Shown piece by piece: positions 10,194 through 20,301 of a stretch of 64,000 nt of DNA. Where the stretch lies: the NCBI GenBank assembly GCA_963719315.1, contig CAVRBU010000002.1, forward strand, positions 896,001 through 960,000. The letters are read 5' to 3'. This stretch comes from an uncultured Planctomycetota bacterium (GTDB lineage: Bacteria > Planctomycetota > Planctomycetia > Pirellulales > Lacipirellulaceae). Positions within the stretch are counted from its first letter, which is position 1, and each line of letters begins with the position of its first letter. Below the pieces are notes generated by a model. The model saw nothing but the letters and a program-made list of their open reading frames with translations, was not told the DNA's origin and ran no database searches. The position numbers and the translations under genes are program-made.

Positions 10194-12022
10194 GGAGGTG
10201 TCGGGCGGACGAGTTGAGGATCGCTCGTGGGACTACTTGCGGCTTTCAGCCGTTTGACGGTTGCCAGGGTTTCCTTCGGATTGGCGAGCGCCTTTTTTGT
10301 GCAGCCATTGCAGCAGACGAAGACCGGTTGGCCATCCACAATCAATTTGACTGGAGGGCCCATCACCCCCAGGCGATTGTCTGGTAGCACTGGACAGAAT
10401 TTTTGAGCCTTGGCGAGCTCACGATCTTCTTTTGACAGCGTGGCAAGTGATGCCCGAATCTTGGCGTCCGGATCTTCAGGCGTAGAAGGACGAACTGTCT
10501 TAGCGCTCGATTCATTCGCGTGTGCTCCGCCGCTTCCGCCAAAGTAGATCGAGCCCGCGGCACGGTTCAACCGTGTTTCGGCGTCGACCAGAAAGGAGCC
10601 GCTACTAACCACGAGGTCGCCCCGCTTCAACCCGTCCAGCACGGGGAACATGATCTCACTTTGGGGTCCAGTCATTCTTGGCCCAAGTCGAACCTCGACA
10701 CCGTCGTAGACTCCCGGTGACGATTCGCGGTACACGATTTGTTGGCTTCCCGTATCGATCACCGCGCTTTCCGGAACGGCTAACACGCGACCCTCTGACA
10801 GCATTTCATGGCGCTCTTGATCCGATTTTCCCACGGACAGCATTGGCAGATTTGCGGGCCGCACCTTTAGGGTCACATTCGCGGTGCTGCCAGGGCGTAA
10901 TTTGTGCTCTGGATTATCGACTTCGAATCGCACGGTGACCGTTCGCGTATCTTGATCGACATGTGGATAGATGAAAGTGAGCTTGCCGCGGAAGACTTCA
11001 TTGGGAAACGCTTTCGTGGTCGCCGTTACATCTAGTTCATCCGCCGTTACCGGGCTCATTCGATTCGCGCCGTCCCCCACGGGCAGAAACGCCATGTCCT
11101 CTTCATAGATCTGCGCTTCAATCCAAACGGTTGAGATATCGGCGATATCATAGAGGGGCGTGCCCTCCTCGACATATTGACCCTCACGCACGTATTTTTG
11201 AATCACGTGACCGCCGATCGGAGAGCGGATTTTTAGGTGGGTATCGGCTTTGCCGGTCGCGAGCGCGTCGTCGATCTGATCGCTATCGATGCCTAGCAAT
11301 TCCAACCGCGTGCGAGCGCCGCGGAGCAACTCTTCATTGCCGCTTCGCTTGGCATCGAGCAAGTTTTGAACGGTGACCAAGAGATCGGGACTGTAGAGCA
11401 AAGCCAATTCATCACCGGCTTTGACCATCTGCCCCGTTTCATTGGCTACCAATTTGTCGATGCGGCCAGCGACGCGAGCTGCAACGGTGCGCTGGCCGCG
11501 TTCATTGAATTCCACGTAACCTACCGCCGAAATCTCTTTGGTGAGTGGCTCGTAATCGACCGGAGTGGTGTGCACGCCGGCTAAAACGATGCGGTAAGGC
11601 GTAAGCTGAACGCGGTTCACGATCCCGGCCGGCAAAGGCTCGGCCTTATCGCTACCTTTCTTGCGTTTCGATAGCGGCATAAAGCAGATCGGGCATTTTT
11701 CGTTGGGTTTATCGCGAATAATTGAGGGATGCATCGGACAGAAGTATTCGAAATCCGGAGATGCCGCTTGAGCCGATCTCACCGGCCGGGTCCACTTATC
11801 GTATTGAGCTGTGAGCATGTCCCATTGCGTGATGATTAGCCCGATGACGGCTAGGATGGCGATGAAGCGGAACCTGGCGAGATTGACGAGCACAATAAAG
11901 TCGAACCACCACCAAGCCTTCCTCCAACCATGGACATTGGGCGGGGCGCGCAGGCCGCCTTCATAATCGCTCACCACACTAGGATCGTGATCTTCGATCG
12001 GCGCAACGTGTCTTTCGATCAT
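10190..12022 (-). CDS. cusB: CusB-type RND membrane fusion protein with N-terminal CPMHP metal-binding domain and C-terminal YHS/TRASH-like domain
   Basis: YFCPMHP...CPICFMPL; GRIDKL, YSPDL, IYPHVDQDTRT; C-terminal CPV...LGVMGPPVK...PVFVCCNGC. Confidence 0.9.
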   Translation of the reverse strand: MIERHVAPIEDHDPSVVSDYEGGLRAPPNVHGWRKAWWWFDFIVLVNLARFRFIAILAVIGLIITQWDMLTAQYDKWTRPVRSAQAASPDFEYFCPMHPSIIRDKPNEKCPICFMPLSKRKKGSDKAEPLPAGIVNRVQLTPYRIVLAGVHTTPVDYEPLTKEISAVGYVEFNERGQRTVAARVAGRIDKLVANETGQMVKAGDELALLYSPDLLVTVQNLLDAKRSGNEELLRGARTRLELLGIDSDQIDDALATGKADTHLKIRSPIGGHVIQKYVREGQYVEEGTPLYDIADISTVWIEAQIYEEDMAFLPVGDGANRMSPVTADELDVTATTKAFPNEVFRGKLTFIYPHVDQDTRTVTVRFEVDNPEHKLRPGSTANVTLKVRPANLPMLSVGKSDQERHEMLSEGRVLAVPESAVIDTGSQQIVYRESSPGVYDGVEVRLGPRMTGPQSEIMFPVLDGLKRGDLVVSSGSFLVDAETRLNRAAGSIYFGGSGGAHANESSAKTVRPSTPEDPDAKIRASLATLSKEDRELAKAQKFCPVLPDNRLGVMGPPVKLIVDGQPVFVCCNGCTKKALANPKETLATVKRLKAASSPTSDPQLVRPTPP

Positions 12023-12174
12023 CTAAGTTCTCCTTGCCGCAAGGGCAAGAAAATCGGCAGCCGCGACGCAAGCCAGCCAGACAAATGGTGCTAACCCGCC
12101 AACCCGGCCACGGCTGCCTATTTCTGGATTCCGGCGACTCAGTTTGAACCGCCGTCGAGAGTTTTTCTCCACTT

Positions 12175-12543
12175 TTACTTCTTTAGTTTTGCCAAATACT
12201 CGTCTGGCTTCGCCAAAAGTTTGTCTTTGCAGCCCTCGCAGCAAATAAAGACCGGCTGACCCTTCACATCGATCTTGACGGGGGCTCCCATGGCGCCCAA
12301 AAGTTCGCCTGAAACCGGGCAAATCTTTTGCTCTTCGGCGAGCGCCTTGTCTTTCGCCGGCAGTTCGGCGAGCGCCGCAGTGATTTCCAAATCTGCCGTG
12401 CTGTCTTCGGCTTGATTTGTGGGTTCACGATCGGCGACCACCGGTTTGGGCGCGGAGCTCTTACTCGCCGCGCTACCGCAACCAAAGAATCCGAAAACTG
12501 AAGCCAGCCCGAAAGCTGCTGTTGAAAACAATAACCAACGCAT
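12175..12543 (-). CDS. Lipoprotein with YHS/TRASH-like metal-binding domain
   Basis: AGGAGG RBS before MRWLLF; lipobox-like FFGC; CPVSGELLGAMGAPVKIDVKGQPVFICCEGC. Confidence 0.85.
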   Translation of the reverse strand: MRWLLFSTAAFGLASVFGFFGCGSAASKSSAPKPVVADREPTNQAEDSTADLEITAALAELPAKDKALAEEQKICPVSGELLGAMGAPVKIDVKGQPVFICCEGCKDKLLAKPDEYLAKLKK

Positions 12544-12742
12544 CGAATTTCCTCCTATTTGAGATCTCGTTTCGAACATCCATCCGACTTTCAAGTCGAT
12601 TAATGATTTGCCACGCAATCGTCCAACTTCCAACGCGAAGTTGCCTGGAATCGCGGTGTTTCAATCCGACTAATGTGGCGCGGCGATAGCGCGAGCCAAT
12701 TTCAGAAGCGCAGCGCAAAGTAACAAACTGCGCAGCAGGTAA

Positions 12743-13258
12743 TCAGATGATGAACCTGTGGAGCGTGACAACGAGATCGTTCGGAGGACATTTTAGGTCC
12801 AACTGAACGATGGGCTCCAATGGCGAGAACGCCTGTGATACTGCGAGGTCGAGCGAACTAATACCTAGAGACGCAAAGTGGCCGTCAACGCTCGATAGAG
12901 TTGGCTCTTCCGTCGCGGGAATTACCTCATGCACGGCGAGCGTCACGCAATGTCGCGAGCCGACGCGACAAACGGCGTCCGATGCTCGGTCCTTCTTCGA
13001 GTCAGGCGATGAACCTGATTTGTCGCGCGAGCAGCACGAGCATGCATTCTTGCCGTGTCCGCCGCAGCAACTCCCGGTCGAATGGCAACAGGTTTTGCCT
13101 GCTCCAGGTGCGATGCAGCGGCACACTTCTTCGAAGTGGCCGGTGCAGCCACAACCAATGATCGTCCGCCCGTTCAAAATAGCGAGCGGCATCATCGCCC
13201 AGACAACGAGTGCCCGACCGTAGTGGCGCAGAAAGCGATTTGATTGGAGACCGGACAT
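12743..13258 (-). CDS. Cys-rich hypothetical protein, first ORF of the cus operon
   Basis: Hydrophobic N-terminus, GCGCTGH, CRC, CC clusters, C-terminus PPNDLVVTLHRFII. Confidence 0.7.
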   Translation of the reverse strand: MSGLQSNRFLRHYGRALVVWAMMPLAILNGRTIIGCGCTGHFEEVCRCIAPGAGKTCCHSTGSCCGGHGKNACSCCSRDKSGSSPDSKKDRASDAVCRVGSRHCVTLAVHEVIPATEEPTLSSVDGHFASLGISSLDLAVSQAFSPLEPIVQLDLKCPPNDLVVTLHRFII

Positions 13259-13333
13259 TACGGTTTTCTAACGATTTGGTCCTGCGATTGCGGACGCGGT
13301 CGACAGCGTCGCATAGAAGTTACGCAGCCCCTA

Positions 13334-13362
13334 TCTATATTGTTCCATCGGAAACCCGTCAA
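13334..13362 (-). promoter_or_regulatory. Putative sigma70 promoter of the cus operon
   Basis: Minus strand TTGACG-17 bp-TATAGA about 75 bp upstream of the Cys-rich ORF. Confidence 0.45.
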
Positions 13363-13776
13363 TCAACTGAGCCGAGACAGATTGCGGCCGGTTTCGACTC
13401 AAAGCGAATGTCAAAAGGGGCCCTGGCTGGGGCAACAGGCCCAAGTCCAAAATCGACCGCAGCCCCATGATACGAGGCCCGGAAGTAGCAGCAAACAGCA
13501 GTATTTTGACCCGTTGCGAGCACGCGGTTTCTGCTGATCCATGAAATTAGTCAGCTAGCGGAGGGGTACTGGACTCCAACGGGATGTAAAACACTATCAG
13601 TTGAAGGGGTGATGCCGGGTATGAGCAAGGTATTGCGGCACAGCGCTACAAGTTCCGCTCGCCTGGTCGGATCAATCTTACCGATTCTTCCGACGGGGCC
13701 GTTTTTGTCGAACTTGCGCCCTACCTGCTAACCCGCCAGCTATGATCGAGCCCGCCAGTTGCCCGACGGAGGCGTC

Positions 13777-15189
13777 ATGTCGCTGTTCCGCACTGCGCAA
13801 CTTTGCGCTTGCATGATTGTCGTAACTGCCTGGCACGGTCCCCTGCGGGCGATAGCGGCTGAGCCAGTCCGCGCGACGACGCTCGAATTGCACGATAGTC
13901 GCCCCTCCATATTTCCAAATGAGGTGTCCCAACCTCTCTCAATGGAGGCACGTGGTCAGGCTGCGGCTCCATCGGCCGAAGAGGAGCTTTCACTCGAGCG
14001 ACTCATCGATGAAGTGCGGGCAAGGAACCCGTCTCTTCAGGCGATGGCTGCCACCTGGCAGGCAGCCGCGCAGCGCTTTCCGCAAGCGGTGTCGCTGGAA
14101 GATCCGATGTTCACGGCGATGGTTGCGCCGGCATCCTTCGATTCTGACTTGGTTAATCCTGGATATTTCTTACAGGCCTCTCAGAAGTTTCCCTGGTTTG
14201 GCAAACGGGCTGCGCAGGACGACAGGCACAAGCGGATTCGCAAGCTGCTTATCACGATCTAGAAGATAGTCGAAACCGCTTGGATGAAATCACGCGCACA
14301 GCCTTTTATCAATATTACCTCGTGCGGCGCGACCTCGATTTGAACCGAGAAAATCTCGATGTCATTCGTCAATTCCAGAAAACCGCTCAGTCGAAGTACG
14401 AAACCAATCAAGTTACTCAAGAAGACGTACTACAGGCGGAATTGGAGTCGGCGGAACTGGATCGACGAAACCTCGAACTCGTGCGGATGGATCGAGTAGC
14501 GATCGCACGGATTAACACGCTCTTAAGGAATGACCCCTCTTGCCCACTATCGCCGCCGCCGAAGCACCTCGAGTTTCCGACGATTCAACTCGATGCCTGC
14601 GCACTGCAGCAGCTACGCGCTGAGCAAACGTCCCGACTTGGCAGCGCTCCGAGCGCGGGTTCAGGCGGCCGAAGCCGCGGTGACACTCGCCGCCAAAAAC
14701 TACTATCCCGACACAGAAGTTTTCGGCAGATACAATGCGATTATGCAGCAAGATCCGCTCAAGCCGGCCGTGGGCGTGAATCTCAATCTGCCACTTTATC
14801 GCGGCCGGCTGGATGCCGCGGTTCGTGAATCGCGCTTTACGGTTAACCAACGTCGTGCCGAATACGAGCAATTGGTTCTCGATATTCAATACGAGGTCAC
14901 GAGCAACTACGAGCAGGTCGATGAAAGCCGGCGAGTGCTTCAGCTCTACTCGAAAAGACTCGTTCCCGCTGCCACGCAAAACGTAGCTGCCGCACGCTCT
15001 AACTACGATGTCAACAAGTCGAGTTTTCTGGATCTCGCCCTGGCAGAGCGCCGATTGATTGAAATCCAAGAAAAGCGCGAAGAGGCCTTGGCGATGTACC
15101 ACAGCCGCTACGCGGAACTAACGCGCACCGTTGGAGGATCGCTACCGACCGCGCTTCCGGAGGAAACTCTGCCGATGATCTCACCTTGA
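13777..15189 (+). CDS. TolC/CusC-like outer membrane efflux protein; frameshifts near 14215 and 14615
   Basis: GGAGG RBS; three consecutive ORF pieces with NPSL, LEDPM, SQKFPWFGKR, RPDL, NLPLY, Y....SFLDL OMF motifs. Confidence 0.85.
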
Positions 15190-15236
15190 ACGTGTGCCGG
15201 CTTAGGGCCAATCAATGGTTCAAGCTGCGGGTATTT

Positions 15237-15307
15237 GTAGGGTGGGTCGAGTTGCGAGACCCACCACGAGCCTCGCAAAAGCGGTGGACCTCGCAGACTC
15301 GACCCAC
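15237..15307. repeat. GTAG-type REP doublet (REPIN-like)
   Basis: GTAGGGTGGGTCGAGTTGCGAGACCCACC facing inverted GGTGGACCTCGCAGACTCGACCCAC; related copy at 62444-62516. Confidence 0.65.
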
Positions 15308-15427
15308 TTTTTGAAAAACTGAATGACCCTGTACGCCGACTCTGGATTCAGTCCCTGTAGCGCCGTCAGGATGGCGGCAATCGTGGGGCTGCTATTGCAA
15401 TCTTCCGTAAACGTAGTTGTTGCTACA

Positions 15428-16955
15428 TCAACGGGCTGGACGTGAATACGGACCGAGAAAATGCCATCGTCCGCGACCCCTGCCCGCGATCGCGGCCGAG
15501 ATGGTTCCTAGCACTAGCAGAAAGCTCGACGACGGCTCGGGAACCCCAGCCAGCTCTAAGCCGCTGCCGCTACCAGACATTTCGCCGAAGTGGGCGCGCC
15601 ACAGATCGTAGTGTGCCGTTCCGACGGTGCCGCCGATTCCGTTGTCGTTTGGCAGTGTGTTCGTAGTGCCAACGTTTTTGCGCCACAAGACATAGTCCGC
15701 CGCATCGACTTTGCCGTTCTGGTTAAAGTCCCCTGCCAAACCTGCCAAGCTCGGGGGAATGACGCCTTCTTTATACGCGATGAAATCGATATCGACGGCG
15801 CCGTGTCGCGACCCAGAGGTGAGGCCCATCCCGATAAACGAACCGGTGCCGGCTTCATTTTGCAAACCCAAAATCACTTGGAACGTTTGTGGGGTGAGGG
15901 ACCCATCCATGTAGACGTTGACTTCGTGCGTATTGCCATTTACCGGTGAGGGTAATGCTTTTGCCGTGATCCAGAACTCATGCCAATCGGTGAGCTGAGC
16001 ATTGGGAATCTCCGCGACATTAAGCCGCTGAGCGTCGGTCGTATTCGTATCTGCGCTGCCAGGGGTAGAACCATCCAACGCGCGGTTGTTCATCACCAAC
16101 CCTGTGGTCGGAGTGGGAACGCCGAAATCGTTGATCGAATTGGTATCGAGCAGACTGAATGCCAAGCGGCTGGGACCGACGGCACCGTTTTGCGAGATCA
16201 TTACCATCCCCCGTCCCGTGCCCGAGATGGGATAGCCAATTCCGTCCGTGGGCCAAGGAAAAGGTCCGCTCCCCGCTTCGTCGTAGAACATATCCAACGG
16301 CCCCGTGGCGGCCGTCGCGATCCGCGCGAAACGAAATTGTCACGCCGAAATCCAGGATATCTTGTCTGCCGCTGAAGCTTGTATCGCGGGCCATTTCATG
16401 TTTGAACTCAATCCTTTTGTTACCGCCCTCTTGCTGAGGTTTTGTAGGGCTCAATTGACTACCCTTATCGACCCAGCCGTAAGTTGCGGGGTCGCCGGGA
16501 TCTTGAATACGTAGGTAATTGGTGGAGCCTTGTGTAAACGTGCCAACGCCGCCTGGAGCCGCTGGTCCCAAAAGTGGTTTGTTTGGATCCCAAGGAGGAT
16601 CCGGCACGCCGCCGAGCGTTGCCCCAGGCGCAGAGCCGTCCCAGTGACTATTGTTGCTCTGCCAGATGGCCGCTGCAGCACAAGCTGCGTCATCGGCGCA
16701 GGGCCCCGGATTGATAAGGGCAGGCGAGCCGCCCCAGCCTCCCGGTCGGTTCGTTGAGGAGCCGTTGTTATAGTCCGTATTGTACCCATCTGGATCATAA
16801 TAATAGGCCGAGTTGCCATCGTACGAGTTGTACCAGCCTGGATCGGCATACAGAACGCCAACCGCCTGGGCTTTGTCGACCAGTTTGGGACCGACCGCAA
16901 TAAGAAGAGCAACCAAAATCGGTAAGACGGTACAGCGTTTAATGGGCCAAATCAT
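15428..16955 (-). CDS. Secreted protein with dockerin-like repeat and PEP-CTERM sorting signal; frameshift near 16325
   Basis: Signal peptide in ORF 16020-16955; GDFNQNGKVDAADYVLWRK and VPEPSS-TM-basic tail in ORF 15428-16297. Confidence 0.85.
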
Positions 16956-17129
16956 AGAACTTCCTTCAACCTATTTCTCGACGAGAGTCGAGCACCAATT
17001 TCACCGGTGCGTGCCAACATAAACTCGCTGCCGCCGCGGAGGACTCAATGCCCGTTTATCCAATGCGCGCCGAAAATATTAGTCTATAGTAACAACCCGG
17101 TGCAAAACCGGTCAAATAATCTGTCGATT

Positions 17130-17675
17130 CTATTTATTCTTTTTGTCACCTTCAGCTTCGAGCACGATGTCGAAGTGATTTGAAGACCCATCGCTCTTAA
17201 CCGTAATTTCAAGCGGGGTCGTCTGAATGTTTTGGTACCGCATCGGGACAAGCGCTCTGTATCGGGCAACGGCAGCCACATCGTTCACGGCTTCCTCGGG
17301 AACCGATGGGTAAACGGCTACTTTGTGAACACCCGCGACCGCTCCGTCGCCCTTCTTAAACGTACTTAGTCGAAAGGCGCCATCAGTTCCAATTGTTGCC
17401 CGTGCAGGTTGGCTCGATTCACCCGTTGGCTGAAACAGAATGCGCCCGCCCGGCAAAGGCTGTCCGTTCGGTTGCTTGACTGACCCCGTGACTTCATAGG
17501 TTCCCTTAGAGCGAGAACAGCCAGTCGCTACGGATAAAAAAAGCAGAAGAGGAACGATGAGAACCAGCCACTTTACGTCACAAAAGCAGTGACGGTGGAC
17601 GTGGTGCGATTCGCTGTATTGCAACGGGAGGTCGCACATGGCCGAAACAGGGACGCGACTTCGATAGATTGTCAA
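17130..17675 (-). CDS. Planctomycete lipoprotein, carboxypeptidase-regulatory-like fold (DUF1559 partner); start uncertain
   Basis: ATGC lipobox, VTGSV, GRILFQP, DGAVAGVHKVAV, VPMRY...TTPL; directly downstream of DUF1559. Confidence 0.8.
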   Translation of the reverse strand: MTIYRSRVPVSAMCDLPLQYSESHHVHRHCFCDVKWLVLIVPLLLFLSVATGCSRSKGTYEVTGSVKQPNGQPLPGGRILFQPTGESSQPARATIGTDGAFRLSTFKKGDGAVAGVHKVAVYPSVPEEAVNDVAAVARYRALVPMRYQNIQTTPLEITVKSDGSSNHFDIVLEAEGDKKNK

Positions 17676-18681
17676 TCGAGTTTTCCAGTATCCACAACGT
17701 CACCATCCCGGATATTCGTGAGTTGGCCCAAGGTTATGACATCGAGCGTATTCGTTACTGTCCGGCGCTTCCGTCACCGAACAGGAATTGGCAGATTCCC
17801 GGATGCCAACTGCCAAACTGAGCATATGGATCGGGCATGAGCTCGTCCTTCGAACTCGCAATTGGCGCGAGGTCGGAACCGTAACGGCAATGACTGCGAT
17901 GATTGTCGGGGTTGTAAATCGAGTTATCTCGGCAAACGGATTTCTTGCCAAAGCAACTGCCGCCATCCGTTGGGTCTCGCTCCGGGACATGTTTCTCGCC
18001 AACAAAAATCGTCTTGCTCGTTCCGTCTATCAAATTCTTGAACTTGAGAACCGGACTGTAGCCGCCAATGAGCGTCTTGAACGCAGCAGCACCGTAGCAT
18101 TTGCCAGCTGTGGCCCGTGCGCGGCGAAAGGCACCATTCGGAATGGTCTTATTGTTGCCCGCAATTACCGTGGTACTTCCGTCGGTGATATCGGTGCCGT
18201 CGCCATCGCCCACGTAATCGTGGCCGTCGCCGAGGGATACGGCATAGTCGCCCAGCGCTCCTGGACGATGTGCAACTCCTTGCCGATCGTCGCCCGAAAT
18301 GCTTAGTTGCGGAGGAGCACGGCGAGAAGGGCAAAGATAGACGGCAACTTGAACCTGAAGGACTTGCAGCGGCTGAGCATAATACGACTGCTCCTTGTCG
18401 TATTGTGCGGTAACCGTACCTTCCTCGATATATGGCCAAATTTCGGACGCCCAGGTGCTGTGATCGCAATCGACCCGCGACGGCGGAATGGCCTTCTTAG
18501 TATCGTGATACATGTGCATCGCGATACCAATTTGCTTAAGATTGTTGGTGCACTGAGCCCGCCGGGCGGCCTCACGGGCGGCCTGGATGGCCGGTAGCAG
18601 CAGCGCCACCAAAATGCCGATAATGGCGATGACGACCAATAGTTCGACGAGCGTGAACCCGCCTCGAATCCGACTCCGCAT
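17672..18681 (-). CDS. DUF1559 protein with prepilin-type N-terminal motif; frameshift near 17765
   Basis: [63 protein letters not shown] (H-X9-DG); other frame continues to TGA at 17672. Confidence 0.92.
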
Positions 18682-18738
18682 GGCAACTCTCCTTGTCCGG
18701 AATAGCGAGTGCCGTCGCATGTGAAAAGGGTAACTGAT

Positions 18739-18767
18739 ATGTTAAGCCGTTTCCGACTTAGCGTCAA
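18739..18767 (-). promoter_or_regulatory. Putative sigma70 promoter of the DUF1559 gene
   Basis: Minus strand TTGACG-17 bp-TAACAT. Confidence 0.45.
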
Positions 18768-18886
18768 GAAAAACTCACTGTTTGGCGATGCAAATGCGCT
18801 AGCATTTGAGGTGGACCCTAAAAACTGGGCGCCCTGATAAGGTATAAAATCCCCGCTGTGGGATGGCCTATCAGGAGGTTCGGAGG

Positions 18887-19177
18887 ATGGCTCGGAAGCG
18901 ACGGAGTTTTAGCGGTGCGTTCAAGGCGAAGGTAGCACTGGCGGCGTGCCGGGGCGACAAGACCACGGCTCAACTGGCGGCTGAGTATGAAGTGCATGTG
19001 GGCCAGATCACGGCCTGGAAGAAGCAACTCTTGGAGGGAGCTCCGGAGTTGTTCGAAGACGGCCGCGGCAAGCGAGCGGCCGAGGACACGGCCAATGACC
19101 AGGAGCTTTACGAGCAGATCGGCCGGCTGAAGATGGAAGTCGAGTGGTTGAAAAAAAAAGCTGCCGAGCTCAACTGA
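18887..19177 (+). CDS. IS3 transposase OrfA (HTH)
   Basis: RKRRSFSGAFKAKVAL...LYEQIGRLKMEVEWLKKK; GGAGG RBS. Confidence 0.92.
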   Translation: MARKRRSFSGAFKAKVALAACRGDKTTAQLAAEYEVHVGQITAWKKQLLEGAPELFEDGRGKRAAEDTANDQELYEQIGRLKMEVEWLKKKAAELN

Positions 19178-20051
19178 AGGACTGAGGCGATGCATCGAAA
19201 CGGAACGCAAACAGCTCACGATCGCGCGGCAGTGCGAGCTAGTGGGGCTCGCACGAAGCACGTGGTACTACCAGCCGATTGGCGAATCGGCCGAGAACCT
19301 GGCGTTCATGCGTGCGATCGACGAGCAGTATTTGCGGACGCCGTTTTACGGCAGCCGCAAGCTCTCGGAAGTGCTGGGAGTGAACCGCAAGCGCATCCAA
19401 CGGTTGATGCGTGTGATGGGCATCGAGGCGATCTATCCGAAGCGGCGGACCACCAGGCCCGGCGCCGGACACAAAATTTACCCGTATTTACTGCGGAATG
19501 TGGAGGTCGCGCGGCCCGACCAGGTGTGGGCCAGCGACATCACCTACGTGCCGCTGCGTCACGGGTTTTTGTACCTCGCGGCGGTGATGGACTGGTACAG
19601 CCGCTACGTGCTGAGTTGGCGCTTGTCGAACACGCTTACCGGCGACTTCTGTATGGAGGCGCTCGACGAAGCGCTCACGCAGACCAAGCCCGAGATCTTC
19701 AACAGCGACCAAGGGAGTCAATACACAGCCGAAGCGTTCACGTCGCGGCTGGAGGCTGCCGGCGTGGCGATCAGCATGGATGGCCGCGGCCGGGCGATCG
19801 ACAACGTGTTCGTCGAGCGGCTGTGGCGGAGTGTGAAATACGAGGACGTGTACCTCAAGGATTACGTGGACGGCTGGCAAGCCGACGCGTCGCTGGCGGC
19901 GTACTTCCGCTTCTACAACAACGAACGAATCCATCAGGCGCTCGGCTACCGCACCCCATGGGAGATTTATCGCGAGCGAGGCTCAAGCGACGGGCCGCCG
20001 TCAGACGAAAAACGAATTGAAATCGCGCGCAACAATTTGATAGCTGGTTAG
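19152..20051 (+). CDS. IS3 transposase OrfB (DDE integrase core)
   Basis: RQCELVGLARS, WASDITY, FNSDQGSQY, DNVFVERLWRSVKYE; frame is open from the A9 run at 19151-19159. Confidence 0.92.
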   Translation, partial: KKKLPSSTEGLRRCIETERKQLTIARQCELVGLARSTWYYQPIGESAENLAFMRAIDEQYLRTPFYGSRKLSEVLGVNRKRIQRLMRVMGIEAIYPKRRTTRPGAGHKIYPYLLRNVEVARPDQVWASDITYVPLRHGFLYLAAVMDWYSRYVLSWRLSNTLTGDFCMEALDEALTQTKPEIFNSDQGSQYTAEAFTSRLEAAGVAISMDGRGRAIDNVFVERLWRSVKYEDVYLKDYVDGWQADASLAAYFRFYNNERIHQALGYRTPWEIYRERGSSDGPPSDEKRIEIARNNLIAG

Positions 20052-20301
20052 TACATCAGAAAGTTAAACCGCTGCAGCGGCCGCGCAAGACCTGTGAGGG
20101 GTCTTGCGGGCCGCCAGCCCCACTACCTTATTCAACCCTATTGGGCGCCCAACCAATGGGGTCCACCTCAATTTGCAATCCGGGGGCTTCGCGGCTCATA
20201 ACCATTGGCTGTTTCCACGATCCCCAGGACGTATTACTTACGTTCAGTCGTTGGGTAGTCTGTTCTCCGTTGTGCGAAACGGATCGAGGAGTACATACAT
20301 C

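Larger units (their letters stand above)
18807..20170 (+). mobile_element. IS3-family insertion sequence, complete
   Basis: Terminal IRs TGAGGTGGACCC-N7-TGGGCGCCC at both ends (TG...CA); 3 bp target duplication ATT at 18804-18806 and 20171-20173; orfA/orfB inside. Confidence 0.95.
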
